Assembly: GCA_029939715.1 (NCBI GenBank)
Contig: JAOZSJ010000001.1
Location: 1,614 to 65,613, forward strand
Reading direction: 5' to 3'
Length of the DNA: 64,000 bases
From: Desulfobacterales bacterium
GTDB lineage: Bacteria > Desulfobacterota > Desulfobacteria > Desulfobacterales > 4572-123
Shown one piece after another: positions 1 to 10,222 of this stretch. A program made the position numbers and the translations under genes. Each line of letters starts with the position of its first letter. Within the stretch, counting starts at the first letter, position 1. The notes below the pieces were generated by a model. The model worked only from the letters and a program-made list of their open reading frames with translations, made no database searches and was not told the DNA's origin.

Positions 1-191
1 AGAAAATCAGACAATTGCTTTATCAGAAAAACCGATCCAATAAAAGGTTAATAAAATCACGATAATTTCTTGACTTGTTTTGTCGAATATAATATATTTA
101 CAGGACTTCATTTGGAACAAGTCAGCGTTTTTCGCACATTAAATTTCTAATTTTTCCATCAAAGACTCTGCGCAACAGAAAGGACCGATCT

Positions 192-611
192 ATGATCAGA
201 TTAGGTTCCATTCCACCGGACATGCACGAAATGTTCATAGATGATATTTTTCTTGCAAGGCTAAAGCTTCTTATCGTTATGGGTAAGGCCTATCTCCATG
301 GCTATCCGCTGGGCCACTACAGACACAAAGCCATCACTTCAAATGCCCTGTTAATTAAAAGTGAAGCAATCGACCTGGGAAATCTGGATACACGGGATTC
401 AGCACATTTTCCCACCCAAAAAATATCTGATTCGGAAAAAATGTTTTACGAAAACGTCAAAGCGCTGGCTGAAATGGCGCTTGACTTTAGACCAGGCGAG
501 GATACCGGCATGTCAAAACGGAAAAAACTGAATTCCGTTTTGGACAATATTTGTGAATCGATCACATTCGAGGACAGATTAAAAGACAGAAAATTTCTTG
601 AAGTGGCGTGA
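192..611 (+). CDS. hypothetical protein (139 aa)
   Basis: ATG ORF from the track with no motif I recognise. It ends (TGA 609-611) just before the receiver ORF. A candidate TTGACT (70-75) / TATATT (93-98) promoter lies upstream. Coding status is uncertain. Confidence 0.35.
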   Translation: MIRLGSIPPDMHEMFIDDIFLARLKLLIVMGKAYLHGYPLGHYRHKAITSNALLIKSEAIDLGNLDTRDSAHFPTQKISDSEKMFYENVKALAEMALDFRPGEDTGMSKRKKLNSVLDNICESITFEDRLKDRKFLEVA

Positions 612-621
612 GATGAGGTGA

Positions 622-1005
622 GTCATAATACCCCATGTAAAAATTATCATTGTCGATGATGACAAAATTACTCGCGATCTGTTAGTCGATGTACTGACCT
701 ACAGCGTAAATAGAAAAATCTTAACTTTTGAAACCGGTTCTGATGCCTGGGCTCATCTCCAAAGAGATGACAGTGCCGACATTATTATTTTTGATGTAAA
801 TATTCCTGAAATTAACGGTTTTGAACTTTTAGGCAAAATAAAACAAAATTTTTCAAACAAAACCTGCATCCTCCTGTCCCCTTCTCCTGCCGATGAAAAA
901 ACCGCCGGATCACTTGGAGCCGATGCTTTTTTAGCCAAGCCCTTTAGTGTCAACGATCTTTTTAACATTGTTCAGACGTTCGTCGTGGAATCCGGTGACA
1001 GGTAG
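622..1005 (+). CDS. CheY-like response regulator receiver domain protein; start codon unresolved (possible start-proximal frameshift)
   Basis: Frame-1 open reading from stop TGA 619-621 to TAG 1003-1005. It is missing from the ORF track because it has no ATG/GTG/TTG at the 5' end. Translation reads VIIPHVKIIIVDDDKITRDLL...SADIIIFDVNIPEINGFELL...CILLSPS...DAFLAKPF, which carries all canonical receiver residues (acidic pair, phospho-acceptor Asp, Ser, Lys). The nearest ATG (635-637) is 2 nt out of frame and is followed directly by TAA. Confidence 0.65.
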   Translation, partial: VIIPHVKIIIVDDDKITRDLLVDVLTYSVNRKILTFETGSDAWAHLQRDDSADIIIFDVNIPEINGFELLGKIKQNFSNKTCILLSPSPADEKTAGSLGADAFLAKPFSVNDLFNIVQTFVVESGDR

Positions 1006-1018
1006 TTTGTTGAACCGA

Positions 1019-1387
1019 TCAAACTGCGTTGAAGCTTTCCTCTATTATTTTTGTAATTTCCCCAATATCAATCGGTTTTTTTAACAATCCACTGAATCCG
1101 GCATCTTGAAGTCTTTCAGCATCATATAAACCAATATGACCTGACAGTGCAAAAACTTTAGACCTTATATTTTTTTGTCGCAGGACTTCACAAAACTCTA
1201 TTCCGTCCATTCCCATCAGCAGCAGATCGGTAATGATTACAGGAAAATATTCTTTTTCTATAAGTTTCAAAGCATCTTCCGAACTTTCAACGATGGTTAC
1301 TTTATAGCCCCTTTTGTTGAGCAAAGTATGCATCAACTCTCTGATATAGTCCTCATCATCAATCACCAGTATCTTTTTTTCATTCAT
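1019..1387 (-). CDS. single-domain response regulator (CheY-like receiver, 122 aa)
   Basis: KILVIDDEDYIRELM...PVIITDLLLMGMDGIEF...VFALSGH...GLLKKP gives the receiver-domain signature residues. It is convergent with the 622-1005 receiver ORF. Confidence 0.85.
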   Translation of the reverse strand: MNEKKILVIDDEDYIRELMHTLLNKRGYKVTIVESSEDALKLIEKEYFPVIITDLLLMGMDGIEFCEVLRQKNIRSKVFALSGHIGLYDAERLQDAGFSGLLKKPIDIGEITKIIEESFNAV

Positions 1388-1488
1388 AAATATCCTCCCT
1401 GGAAAGGGTATACCCTATCTTTTTTTTTGAAGCAAGATAATTTAATGAATTATATTAGGGAAATGGCGGCAAAACGGTAGAACCCAAT

Positions 1489-1521
1489 AAAAAAAGGGGC
1501 TGACCTTTTCAGGCTAACCCC
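1489..1521 (-). terminator. rho-independent terminator downstream of the tRNA pair
   Basis: On the minus strand: GGGGTTAGCC-TGAAAA-GGTCAGCCCC, an imperfect 10-bp stem with 2 G-U pairs and 1 mismatch, followed by TTTTTTT (complement of the A-run at 1489-1495). Confidence 0.6.
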
Positions 1522-1531
1522 TTGATTTTAT

Positions 1532-1606
1532 TGGAGGCGGCAACCAGATTCGAACTGGTGAATAACGGTTTTGCAGACCGTTGCCTTACCACTTGGCTAT
1601 GCCGCC
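1532..1606 (-). tRNA. tRNA-Cys (anticodon GCA), CCA encoded
   Basis: The reverse complement GGCGGCATAGCCAAGTGGTAAGGCAACGGTCTGCAAAACCGTTATTCACCAGTTCGAATCTGGTTGCCGCCTCCA folds as a cloverleaf. It has a 7-bp acceptor stem (GGCGGCA/TGCCGCC), anticodon loop CTGCAAA, T-loop GTTCGAATC, and is 75 nt long. Confidence 0.9.
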
Positions 1607-1611
1607 GTATT

Positions 1612-1686
1612 TGGAGCGGGAAACGGGATTTGAACCCGCGACTTCGACCTTGGCAAGGTCGCACTCTACCACTGAGTTATTCCCGC
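1612..1686 (-). tRNA. tRNA-Gly (anticodon GCC), CCA encoded
   Basis: The reverse complement GCGGGAATAACTCAGTGGTAGAGTGCGACCTTGCCAAGGTCGAAGTCGCGGGTTCAAATCCCGTTTCCCGCTCCA has acceptor stem GCGGGAA/TTCCCGC, anticodon stem-loop CGACC-TTGCCAA-GGTCG, T-loop GGTTCAAATCC, and is 75 nt long. Confidence 0.9.
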
Positions 1687-1698
1687 TCAAGCTTGGGA

Positions 1699-1727
1699 TA
1701 GATATACAATTACGCCCCTGTTGTCAA
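1699..1727 (-). promoter_or_regulatory. candidate sigma70 promoter for the tRNA-Gly/tRNA-Cys unit
   Basis: Minus strand: TTGACA (1727-1722), a 17-nt spacer, then TATCTA (1704-1699), about 12 nt upstream of the tRNA-Gly 5' end. Sequence match only. Confidence 0.35.
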
Positions 1728-1766
1728 TAAAAAAGTATAACAAAACCCATCAAAAATTAAATTTCG

Positions 1767-2333
1767 TCAAGTGGTCAACAGGTGGCGGGATCTTATAAAA
1801 TAATCGACTCCGGACCAGACCGTCATAAGCAGGGCCACCCATAGAAAAATGTTTCCGATGGCTGCAAAATCAATCCCAAAATGGGTATAATGAATCAGCA
1901 GAGGTATAATGGCAGCGATCTGAAATCCGGTTTTGTATTTTCCAAGACCGGATGCCGAAACATCGCCCCCACTTTCAGTGATGATATTTCGCAACCCCGT
2001 CACCGCAAGTTCGCGCCCGATGATGACACATACGATCCAGCCCGAAATCCATCCCAGGGTGCTGAGCATAATAAACGCGGATGAAACCAGCAGTTTATCA
2101 GCCAGGGGGTCCATGATTTTACCGAAGCTGCTGACCAGTCCCCGCTGCCTGGCATAAAATCCATCGAAAAAATCGGTAATGGCGGCCGCACTGAACAGCA
2201 TGGCGGCGATGAACGTACAAAGTGCATTGGGAAACATCATCAGGACAACAATGATCGGAGTCGCTGCAATCCGATAAAGAGTCAGTGCATTGGGATGGCT
2301 TATCATGTATGTTATATTTTTACTGAAAAACAT
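1767..2333 (-). CDS. pgsA: CDP-diacylglycerol--glycerol-3-phosphate 3-phosphatidyltransferase
   Basis: CDP-alcohol phosphatidyltransferase motif DFFDGFYARQRG...GKIMDPLADKLL in a multi-TM protein of about 180 aa. The start could instead be the ATG at 2306. Confidence 0.85.
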   Translation of the reverse strand: MFFSKNITYMISHPNALTLYRIAATPIIVVLMMFPNALCTFIAAMLFSAAAITDFFDGFYARQRGLVSSFGKIMDPLADKLLVSSAFIMLSTLGWISGWIVCVIIGRELAVTGLRNIITESGGDVSASGLGKYKTGFQIAAIIPLLIHYTHFGIDFAAIGNIFLWVALLMTVWSGVDYFIRSRHLLTT

Positions 2334-2401
2334 CTCTTAAAATTCTCTTTTAACAATTTTAAATCCGAAATATACTATGGCCGCGAGTATGATAGATCTT
2401 A

Positions 2402-2899
2402 TCAATATACCAAAACTCCCTGTCCATCGTCATCCAGACTGTTCAACAGATCCTGCACATTCTTTTTTATCACGGGATGGATAATACCGGGATCTATATC
2501 ACAAATAGGCTGCAAGACAAAGCGTCTTTTATGCATTCTCGGATGAGGCACAGTCACGTCAGGTGTATTGATGATGCGGTCATCAAAAAAAATGATATCA
2601 AGATCAAGAATTCGCGGGCCGAATCTGACGCTGTTTTTTTTACGACCGGCGCTTAACTGGATCGACTGCAGTTCCCTTAGAAGCGGCAGAGGATCAAGCC
2701 TCGTGGTGATTTTGACGGCAGCATTGACAAACCAGTCCTGATCCTTGAAGTCAACCGGTTCGGTTCGATAAAACCCGGACGCCGTTTCCAGCAAATTCTC
2801 TCCGGACCTGGTCAGGGCTTCGATTCCAGACCTGCAGTTGTCAAGTTTATCCCCGATGTTCGATCCAACCGATATGTAAACAATATGTTCTCTGTTCAT
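2402..2899 (-). CDS. folK: 2-amino-4-hydroxy-6-hydroxymethyldihydropteridine pyrophosphokinase (HPPK)
   Basis: VYISVGSNIGD...FYRTEPV...GPRILDLDIIFFDD...VPHPRMHKRRFVLQPICDI are typical HPPK motifs. I chose ATG 2899 over the track's GTG 2935 because it gives about 166 aa, the usual family length. Confidence 0.85.
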   Translation of the reverse strand: MNREHIVYISVGSNIGDKLDNCRSGIEALTRSGENLLETASGFYRTEPVDFKDQDWFVNAAVKITTRLDPLPLLRELQSIQLSAGRKKNSVRFGPRILDLDIIFFDDRIINTPDVTVPHPRMHKRRFVLQPICDIDPGIIHPVIKKNVQDLLNSLDDDGQGVLVY

Positions 2900-2935
2900 G
2901 ATATCCAGCCGGTAAAAAAAATTCAAAGGTGACAC

Positions 2936-3766
2936 TTACCTTATCAACCAGGCATCCTGGCCCAATTCGCCCGTGGAGATAATACGGGCATCACCTTCCA
3001 GAAATACATCATAAAAAATATCGTTTTTTTCTTTAAAATAGACAGTCAAACAACATTTACTTCGGGTGATTATTTTTACAGGAGAGGTGGCCCTGGATTT
3101 AATCGCCATTATCAGGGCGCCTGCCACTGCCCCGGTCCCACAGGCAAGTGTTTCATCTTCGACACCCCTTTCGTAGGTCCGAATCTCATAGGTACCGGGT
3201 TCACGAGAGGATATAAAATTAACATTGGTTCCTTCGGGTTCAAAAACAGGGTGCCGTCGAATCAAGCGGCCCAAACGGACAACATCTGTCTTGTCGGCAT
3301 CTTCCACGGCTGTCACCACATGCGGAACCCCTGTATTAATGCTGTTAAAAACCACGGTTCCGCCATCTATCTCCAAGCTTTGATCCAGCCTGGCCATTGC
3401 GGGATCAGTCATCCTGATTTTCACTCTGTCTTTGATGATTCTAGCTGCTATAACTCCGGCCAGGGTCTCGAATTTCATATTTTTCCCTGCAATACCGGTT
3501 ACATATGCAAACCGTGCCGCACATCGCGCACCGTTTCCGCACATTTCACCGATACTGCCGTCGGAATTATAAAATCGCCATTTAAAATCCACGGTGTCCG
3601 AATCTTCGATCAGAATAAAGCCATCGGCTCCCACTGACATTTTCCGCCGGCAGACTGCTGCGATAAATGCGGGCAGATCCGGCTCTTCAACAACATGATT
3701 TCGATTGTCGATAATGATAAAATCATTCCCGCTGCCGCACATTTTAAAAAAAGAAAGGTTTTTCAT
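2936..3766 (-). CDS. dapF: diaminopimelate epimerase
   Basis: FFKMCGSGNDFIIIDN (first catalytic Cys), EMCGNGARCAARF and LACGTGAVAGA (second catalytic Cys). Start set at MKNLSFFKM (ATG 3766, 277 aa) by family N-terminus. The track ORF extends to 3934. Confidence 0.9.
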   Translation of the reverse strand: MKNLSFFKMCGSGNDFIIIDNRNHVVEEPDLPAFIAAVCRRKMSVGADGFILIEDSDTVDFKWRFYNSDGSIGEMCGNGARCAARFAYVTGIAGKNMKFETLAGVIAARIIKDRVKIRMTDPAMARLDQSLEIDGGTVVFNSINTGVPHVVTAVEDADKTDVVRLGRLIRRHPVFEPEGTNVNFISSREPGTYEIRTYERGVEDETLACGTGAVAGALIMAIKSRATSPVKIITRSKCCLTVYFKEKNDIFYDVFLEGDARIISTGELGQDAWLIR

Positions 3767-3987
3767 TTTTTGTATAAAACTCCGCTGAACCCGGTCTGTT
3801 GAATTGCCGCCGGAGTGAGTGCCGGCGGCAGCGGCGGCGCTTTTCGGCCGCATCCGCAGATTATCAGTGCGACTGCCAAAGCCAAAAACAGTTGCCTGCC
3901 CATTTTTATAAAAAACAAAATCATTACCGGTCATCCTCCGGATTTAAGACCGTTCACGGTTCACGGCTATTTCCCAATTTCTAACAA

Positions 3988-5376
3988 TTACTCTTCCCTT
4001 CTGGCGAATCCCTCTTCGGCAGCATCAATAGCCGCCTTGACATTTGCAGTGGCTGTCCCTCCGGCTGATTTGCGCCTGTCGATCATTGCTTCAACCGTAA
4101 GGAGATCGAAAATATCTTCATCAATGACTCCCGAAAATTTTTTCAATTCTTCCAGGGTCAATTCCTGAAGCTCTTTTCCGTGATCCAGCGCATAACTGAC
4201 CGCCTGACCGACACTGCCGTGGGCCTCACGGAAAGGAACTCCTTTCATGACCAGATAATCAGCCAGGTCCGTGGCATTTAAAAATCCTTTTGAAGCTGCC
4301 GCGCGCATTGTATCGGAATTGAATTTAAGACAAGGGAGCATTCCGGTAACGACTTCAATGCATGCCTGCAGAGTATCCACCGCATCCATCATGGGCTGTT
4401 TGTCTTCCTGCATGTCACGGTCATATGCAAGAGGCAGTGATTTCATGATCGTCAGCATGGCAACCAGATCTCCGACAACCCGTCCGGTTTTACCTCTGAC
4501 CAGTTCCGGTACATCAGGATTCTTTTTCTGCGGCATAATACTGCTGCCGGTGGCAAACGCATCAGGCAGATCCACAAAGGCAAATTCGGAGGAGGACCAC
4601 AAAATCAGTTCTTCCCCAAGACGGCTGAAGTGCATCATACAGATTGCCGCAGCCCCCAGAAACTCAATGATAAAATCCCGATCCGCAACCGAGTCGATAC
4701 TGTTTGTCGATACTTTTGCAAAGCCCAGCAGTTCAGCGGTCTGTTCCCTGTCGATAGGATAGGTGGTACCTGCCAGGGCCGCGGTACCCAGCGGCATGAC
4801 ATCGATCCTTTTCAGGCATTCCCGAAAACGTTCCACATCCCTTGTAAACATCTCATAATAAGCCATAAGGTGGTGCGACAGCAACACCGGCTGGGCCCTC
4901 TGCAGATGAGTATATCCGGGCATCACAAGCCCCAGATGTTTGCGGGCAAGGGCGACAATGACCTTTTCCAGCCCCACGAGTCCCTTAATCACTGCATGGG
5001 TCTGGGCCTTGAGGTACATCCTCACATCCAGAGCGACCTGATCATTGCGGCTTCTTGCCGTATGCAATTTCTGAGCAACCTTCCCTGCAACCTGCAGCAG
5101 CCTGGCCTCGATATGCATGTGAATATCTTCCAGGCCGTCATCAAATTCAAACTGCCCCCGCTCGATTTCCCGCTTGATTGTTCCCAGCCCCTGAATCAGC
5201 GTTGCCGCCTCTTCGGGGGTAATGATACCGGCACTGCCCAACATCCGGCAATGAGCAATACTGCCTTCGATATCATAGGCGTACAACCGCCGGTCAATAT
5301 CGATGGAAGATGTAAACTTCTCCACCCGGCAATCGGTTTTTTCGGCAAATCTGCCGTCCCATGGCTTTTCAGACAT
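3988..5376 (-). CDS. argH: argininosuccinate lyase
   Basis: 462 aa with the fumarate-lyase signature GSSIMPQKKNPD and argH-typical N-terminus WDGRF. Confidence 0.95.
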   Translation of the reverse strand: MSEKPWDGRFAEKTDCRVEKFTSSIDIDRRLYAYDIEGSIAHCRMLGSAGIITPEEAATLIQGLGTIKREIERGQFEFDDGLEDIHMHIEARLLQVAGKVAQKLHTARSRNDQVALDVRMYLKAQTHAVIKGLVGLEKVIVALARKHLGLVMPGYTHLQRAQPVLLSHHLMAYYEMFTRDVERFRECLKRIDVMPLGTAALAGTTYPIDREQTAELLGFAKVSTNSIDSVADRDFIIEFLGAAAICMMHFSRLGEELILWSSSEFAFVDLPDAFATGSSIMPQKKNPDVPELVRGKTGRVVGDLVAMLTIMKSLPLAYDRDMQEDKQPMMDAVDTLQACIEVVTGMLPCLKFNSDTMRAAASKGFLNATDLADYLVMKGVPFREAHGSVGQAVSYALDHGKELQELTLEELKKFSGVIDEDIFDLLTVEAMIDRRKSAGGTATANVKAAIDAAEEGFARREE

Positions 5377-5490
5377 ATTATTATCACCTCGGTTAATTAA
5401 TTTAGCAATTAGCCTTCAGCTCAAAATAATGAAGGAATCCTTTGGCTGACGGTTAAAATCCGGCCGCTCAACTTGAGTCTTAATAAAAAA

Positions 5491-6693
5491 TCAATTTTTT
5501 ACCAGATTCTGAATCCGCAGCCTCAGAGCATTGAGCCGGATAAAGCCCTCGGCATCTTTCTGGGTGTAGACATCGTCGTCTTCGAATGTGGCGAAATCCT
5601 CACGATACAGCGATGCATCCGATTTTCTGCCGATAACCGTACTGTTGCCCTTGTACAGCTTCAACCGAACCACGCCGCTGACATTGATCTGGGTATGATC
5701 GATCATGGTCTGAAGCATCTTCATCTCGGGTGCAAACCAGAACCCGTTGTAAACCAGTTCTGCATACTTCGGTATCAGCGAATCACGAATATGCATGACC
5801 TCACGATCCAGGGTAATCGATTCCATGGCCATGTGAGCCGCCCTCAATATCGTTCCGCCGGGTGTCTCGTAAATACCCCTTGACTTCATTCCCACAAAGC
5901 GATTTTCTACAATATCAATCCGGCCGATACCGTTCTTCCCCCCCAACCTATTCAATTCCTGAAGCATGTCCGCGGGTGATAGACGGTTATCGTTGATGGC
6001 CACCGGATCACCCTGCTCAAACCGTATATCGATGACTTCAGGCTCGTCCGGAGCATCCTGTGGTGAAACCGAAAGGCAAAAAATATCCTCCGGCGGTGCT
6101 GTCCATGGATCTTCCAGGACACCGCCCTCATAACTCTTGTGCAGAAAATTACCATCGGTGCTGTACGGTTTTTTATGGGTAGTAGGGACTTCGATGTCGT
6201 GTCTTTTGGCAAAATCCATCAAGGCAGTCCTCGAATTGAGATCCCAGTCCCGCCACGGTGCAATAATTTTGATGTGTGGCTCCAGGGCCAGGTATCCAAG
6301 TTCAAAACGGACCTGATCGTTGCCCTTTCCGGTAGCGCCATGACTGACTGCATCAGCGCCTTCCATCCTGGCAATTTCGATCTGACGTTTGGCGATAAGC
6401 GGCCTGGCCAGGGACGTACCCAGCAGGTATTGGCCCTCATATATGGCATTGGCGCGAAAGGCGGGAAAAACGTAATCTTTGACGAATTCTTCTTTCAAAT
6501 CATCGATATAAATTTTAACGGCCCCTGTTTTAACGGCATTTTCCCTGACATGGCTTAAGTCATCATCCTGGCCGACATCCGCGGAAAAAGTGACAACTTC
6601 ACAATCATAAGTTTCAATCAACCATTTTAAAATAACGGATGTATCCAGCCCGCCCGAATAGGCGAGAACCACTTTCTTTATTTTGTCCGACAC
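5491..6693 (-). CDS. argG: argininosuccinate synthase
   Basis: 400 aa with AYSGGLDTS (PP-loop) and [13 protein letters not shown] signatures. Confidence 0.95.
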   Translation of the reverse strand: MSDKIKKVVLAYSGGLDTSVILKWLIETYDCEVVTFSADVGQDDDLSHVRENAVKTGAVKIYIDDLKEEFVKDYVFPAFRANAIYEGQYLLGTSLARPLIAKRQIEIARMEGADAVSHGATGKGNDQVRFELGYLALEPHIKIIAPWRDWDLNSRTALMDFAKRHDIEVPTTHKKPYSTDGNFLHKSYEGGVLEDPWTAPPEDIFCLSVSPQDAPDEPEVIDIRFEQGDPVAINDNRLSPADMLQELNRLGGKNGIGRIDIVENRFVGMKSRGIYETPGGTILRAAHMAMESITLDREVMHIRDSLIPKYAELVYNGFWFAPEMKMLQTMIDHTQINVSGVVRLKLYKGNSTVIGRKSDASLYREDFATFEDDDVYTQKDAEGFIRLNALRLRIQNLVKN

Positions 6694-6721
6694 AATTTTT
6701 CTCCTTATACTTTAAATAACT

Positions 6722-7906
6722 TTATAATATTTCATCCAGGCATTTGATCAGCGCATCGATTTCTTCCCTGGTAATGATCAACGGCGGTGCGAACCGCAAA
6801 ATTTTATCCTGAATACAGTTAATCAAAAAACCCTTTTCACGACATGCATCTACAATATGTGCCCCCGGCGTCTTGAGTTCCATGCCCAGCAGCAGTCCCC
6901 TGCCCCGCACATCTTCCACCACCGGGTGATATTCCCTGAGCCGGGAAAGCTTTTCTTTAAAATACTCTCCAACCAGGGCACAATGCTCGATTATATTTTC
7001 TTCCTTGAGCACTCGTAGCGTTGCAAGACAAGCCGCGCTAACCAGGGGTGTTCCTCCAAAGGTGGATGCATGGGATCCGGGGCCGAAAGCTTCCGCCACA
7101 TGCTCGGCAGAGAGCATCGCTCCCATGGGCAAGCCATTGGCAAGGGCCTTGGCCAGCGACATGATATCAGGCTCGATTCCAAAATGTTCATATGCAAATA
7201 ATTTCCCGGTCCGTCCGATTCCCGTTTGTATTTCATCAAAAATGAGCAGAGTTCCGGTCTCATCGCATAATTTTCTGACCTGTCGAAAATAATCTTTATC
7301 CGGTATTCGCACACCGCCTTCACCCTGTATCGGTTCCATCATTACGGCACATATTCCAGGATTGATTTTTTTTCTCAGGGCATCGATGTCATTGAACGGC
7401 ACAAACTCGAAACCATTTAATACAGGATTAAATCCTTTCCTGATCTTTTCCTGCCCCGTGGCTGAAAGGGTTGCCATGGTCCGGCCGTGAAAAGATTGGT
7501 CCATGGCAATAATACGATGCCTGTTTTTTTCACCTTTTTCGTAAAAAAACTTGCGGGCCAGCTTGATGGCGGCCTCGTTAGCCTCGGCTCCGGAATTGCA
7601 GAAAAAAACCCTGTCGGCAAAACTGTTTGCGGTCAGCCAGGCCGCCAGTTGAGTCTGGGGAACCGTATAGTAAAGATTGGAAACATGAAAAAGCGTTTCA
7701 GCCTGCCGCGCCAGGGCCGATGCAATTTCCGGATGTGCATGTCCCAGATTACAGACTGCAATGCCGGCCAAAAAATCGGTATAGCAGCGACCCTCCATAT
7801 CCCATAGCTTACATCCCTTTCCCCGGGTAAGGGTAATCGGAACCCGCTGATACGTTTTTGCGATTACCCGGTCCGCCTGTTTAATAATATCATCATTCAT
7901 GATCAA
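6722..7906 (-). CDS. argD: acetylornithine aminotransferase (class III PLP aminotransferase)
   Basis: 394 aa with FCNSGAEANEAAIKLAR, LIFDEIQTGIGRTG and SLAKALANG (PLP Lys). It sits within the arg cluster. Confidence 0.9.
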   Translation of the reverse strand: MIMNDDIIKQADRVIAKTYQRVPITLTRGKGCKLWDMEGRCYTDFLAGIAVCNLGHAHPEIASALARQAETLFHVSNLYYTVPQTQLAAWLTANSFADRVFFCNSGAEANEAAIKLARKFFYEKGEKNRHRIIAMDQSFHGRTMATLSATGQEKIRKGFNPVLNGFEFVPFNDIDALRKKINPGICAVMMEPIQGEGGVRIPDKDYFRQVRKLCDETGTLLIFDEIQTGIGRTGKLFAYEHFGIEPDIMSLAKALANGLPMGAMLSAEHVAEAFGPGSHASTFGGTPLVSAACLATLRVLKEENIIEHCALVGEYFKEKLSRLREYHPVVEDVRGRGLLLGMELKTPGAHIVDACREKGFLINCIQDKILRFAPPLIITREEIDALIKCLDEIL

Positions 7907-7942
7907 TTCTTTCTGTTTTTTTCTATGAACCCTTAATGTCCA

Positions 7943-8815
7943 TCACAGGATAACTTCCGTGCCGATTCCCCGGTCGGTAAAAAGCTCGAGCAACAATGAA
8001 TGCCGTCTTTTACCATTTAAAATATGGACTTTTTCAATACCGTTTTTAATAGCATCCACCGCAAATTCAATTTTTGGAATCATTCCGCCGGATACAATTT
8101 TTTTATTCAAAAGATCATCCACGTCGTCACCGCTAATGGAAGAGATCAACTTGCCGTTATTATCAAGAACACCATCGACGTCTGTAAGGTATATCAGTCG
8201 CCCGGCCTTAAGGGCCGCGGCAACACGGCAGGCCACCAGATCGGCATTGATATTGTAGGTTTCCCCGCCTTTCCCGGTCCCTACCGGAGCTATAATCGGA
8301 ATAAAATCCTTTTCGGTGAGCGTATTGATGATTTCAGCGTTAATGTTTGTGACCTGACCCACCAGACCGGGATCAATTATCTCGGGCGGCTTGTCGATAT
8401 CTTCCTGACTGACAAGTTTAAGTTTTTTGGCTGTAATCAGCCCGCCGTCCTTGCCACTCAGCCCCACCGCCTTTACTCCCTCCCGGTTGATCTGAGCCAC
8501 AATTGCTTTGTTGACCTTGCCGCCCAGCACCATTTCCACCACATCCATTGTTTCGGCATCGGTCAGACGCATACCTCTTACAAATTTAGGGCTGATGCCC
8601 ATACGGTCCAGAACGGAATTAATCTGGGGTCCGCCGCCGTGAACCACAACCGGTTTGATTCCGATAGTTTTCATCAGCGTAATATCACGGGCAAAATCGA
8701 TTTTCAGATGCTTATCCACCATGGCATGCCCGCCGTATTTTATCACGATGGTCATACCATGAAATTTACGCATATAGGGCAGGGCTTCAATCAGGATATC
8801 CGCTACATTAGACAT
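7943..8815 (-). CDS. argB: acetylglutamate kinase
   Basis: 290 aa with VIKYGGHAM, VVVHGGGPQI and YNINADLVA motifs of the amino-acid kinase family. Confidence 0.95.
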   Translation of the reverse strand: MSNVADILIEALPYMRKFHGMTIVIKYGGHAMVDKHLKIDFARDITLMKTIGIKPVVVHGGGPQINSVLDRMGISPKFVRGMRLTDAETMDVVEMVLGGKVNKAIVAQINREGVKAVGLSGKDGGLITAKKLKLVSQEDIDKPPEIIDPGLVGQVTNINAEIINTLTEKDFIPIIAPVGTGKGGETYNINADLVACRVAAALKAGRLIYLTDVDGVLDNNGKLISSISGDDVDDLLNKKIVSGGMIPKIEFAVDAIKNGIEKVHILNGKRRHSLLLELFTDRGIGTEVIL

Positions 8816-8842
8816 AATATCTTCTCATTCCGGGTTTATGAA

Positions 8843-10222
8843 CTACAGAATATACCGGCTCAAATCTTCATTATTCTTGATATCTTTTAATTTAGTATTC
8901 ACATATTCTGAATTGATAACTATCTTTTTCTCCTTGATATCCGGCGCTTCAAACAGAATGTCCTCCAGCAGGCATTCCATAAGCGTATGCAGTCTGCGTG
9001 CCCCGATATTTTCGGTATGTTCATTGACCTCTTCGGCAATTTCAGCAATTTTCTCAACTGCATCATCTTCAAAAACCACTTCAACGCCCTCGGTTCTTAA
9101 AAGCGCCAGATACTGAAGCAGCAACGCATTACGGGGTTCGGTAAGTATCCGCACAAACTCTTCACGTCCAAGCGAATTCAGTTCAACACGGATGGGAAAC
9201 CTTCCCTGAAGTTCAGGAATCAGATCCGACGGCTTGACTGTGTGAAAAGCGCCCGAGGCGATAAAGAGAATGTGATCACTTTTAACCGGGCCGTATTTTG
9301 TATTTACCGTGGAGCCCTCTACAATCGGCAGCAAATCCCTCTGAACCCCTTCACGGGAAACATCCGGACTGTTGCTGCCATTGCGGCCGGCGATCTTGTC
9401 TATCTCATCTAAAAAGATAATGCCGGTCTGTTCAACCTTTTCAACAGCCTTTTTGACAACCTCGTCCATATCTACCAGGTTCTGGGCCTCCTCCTGGGCC
9501 ATGGATGCCAGGGCCTCGGGCACCCTGATCTTTCTTCGCTTGGTGTTACGCGGCATTAGCCCGCCGAGCATATCCTTGAAATTGATACCCATCTCCTCCA
9601 TGCCTACGTTCGAAAAAATCTCAACCATAGGCATGGATTTCTCGGGCATATCCAGGTCAACATAGCGTTTGTCCAATTTCCCGGCCCGCAGCATCTCCCT
9701 TAGCTTTTCACGGGTAGAAGAATTGACTGCCGCCTCATTGTTATGTTGAACCAGTTCAAGGGTGCCTTCTCCGGCTGTCTCTTTGTCTCCTGTACTGCCC
9801 GCCCGCGGTTTGGGAAGCAGCAGGTCCAGCATTCTTTCTTCGGCGATCCTGCCTGCCTTGGCCTTGACCGCCTCCTGCTCACCGGACTTTACCTTGTTTA
9901 CCGTAAGTTCCACAAGGTCCCTTACCATGGATTCCACATCGCGGCCGACATACCCCACTTCGGTAAATTTGGAGGCTTCGACCTTGCTGAAAGGAGAGTC
10001 GGTCAGCAAAGACAAGCGGCGGGCAATTTCCGTTTTACCCACACCGGTGGGGCCGATCAGGATAATATTCTTGGGTGCGATTTCGTCCCGCAGATCTTCC
10101 GGGACCTGTTTTCTTCGCCAGCGGTTCCGCAGTGCGATGGCAACCGAGCGTTTGCCTTTTTTTTGTCCGATAATATATTTATCAAGCGCATTTACGATTT
10201 CAGATGGTTTTAGTTCACTCAT
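8843..10222 (-). CDS. hslU: ATP-dependent protease ATPase subunit HslU
   Basis: 459 aa. N-terminus [15 protein letters not shown], Walker [16 protein letters not shown], Walker [11 protein letters not shown] and an I-domain insertion. Confidence 0.95.
   Translation of the reverse strand: MSELKPSEIVNALDKYIIGQKKGKRSVAIALRNRWRRKQVPEDLRDEIAPKNIILIGPTGVGKTEIARRLSLLTDSPFSKVEASKFTEVGYVGRDVESMVRDLVELTVNKVKSGEQEAVKAKAGRIAEERMLDLLLPKPRAGSTGDKETAGEGTLELVQHNNEAAVNSSTREKLREMLRAGKLDKRYVDLDMPEKSMPMVEIFSNVGMEEMGINFKDMLGGLMPRNTKRRKIRVPEALASMAQEEAQNLVDMDEVVKKAVEKVEQTGIIFLDEIDKIAGRNGSNSPDVSREGVQRDLLPIVEGSTVNTKYGPVKSDHILFIASGAFHTVKPSDLIPELQGRFPIRVELNSLGREEFVRILTEPRNALLLQYLALLRTEGVEVVFEDDAVEKIAEIAEEVNEHTENIGARRLHTLMECLLEDILFEAPDIKEKKIVINSEYVNTKLKDIKNNEDLSRYIL

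Noticed and set aside
753-968. 71-aa minus-strand ORF from the track
   Set aside because: It lies entirely antisense to the receiver-domain frame (622-1005), which has all conserved CheY residues. I treat it as a shadow ORF.
3767-3934. N-terminal extension of the dapF ORF (56 extra codons, Ala/Gly-rich)
   Set aside because: The DapF family starts at M..F.KM.G.GNDF, which is reproduced by ATG 3766. The extension has no family counterpart. The remaining 221-nt argH-dapF spacer is treated as non-coding.
3980-3991. 12-mer TCTAACAATTAC shared between 3980-3991 and 17188-17199, in both cases near a short tandem repeat
   Set aside because: With about 4e9 position pairs on both strands in 64 kb, and 4^12 of about 1.7e7, hundreds of chance 12-mer matches are expected. 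There is no extended similarity around them.
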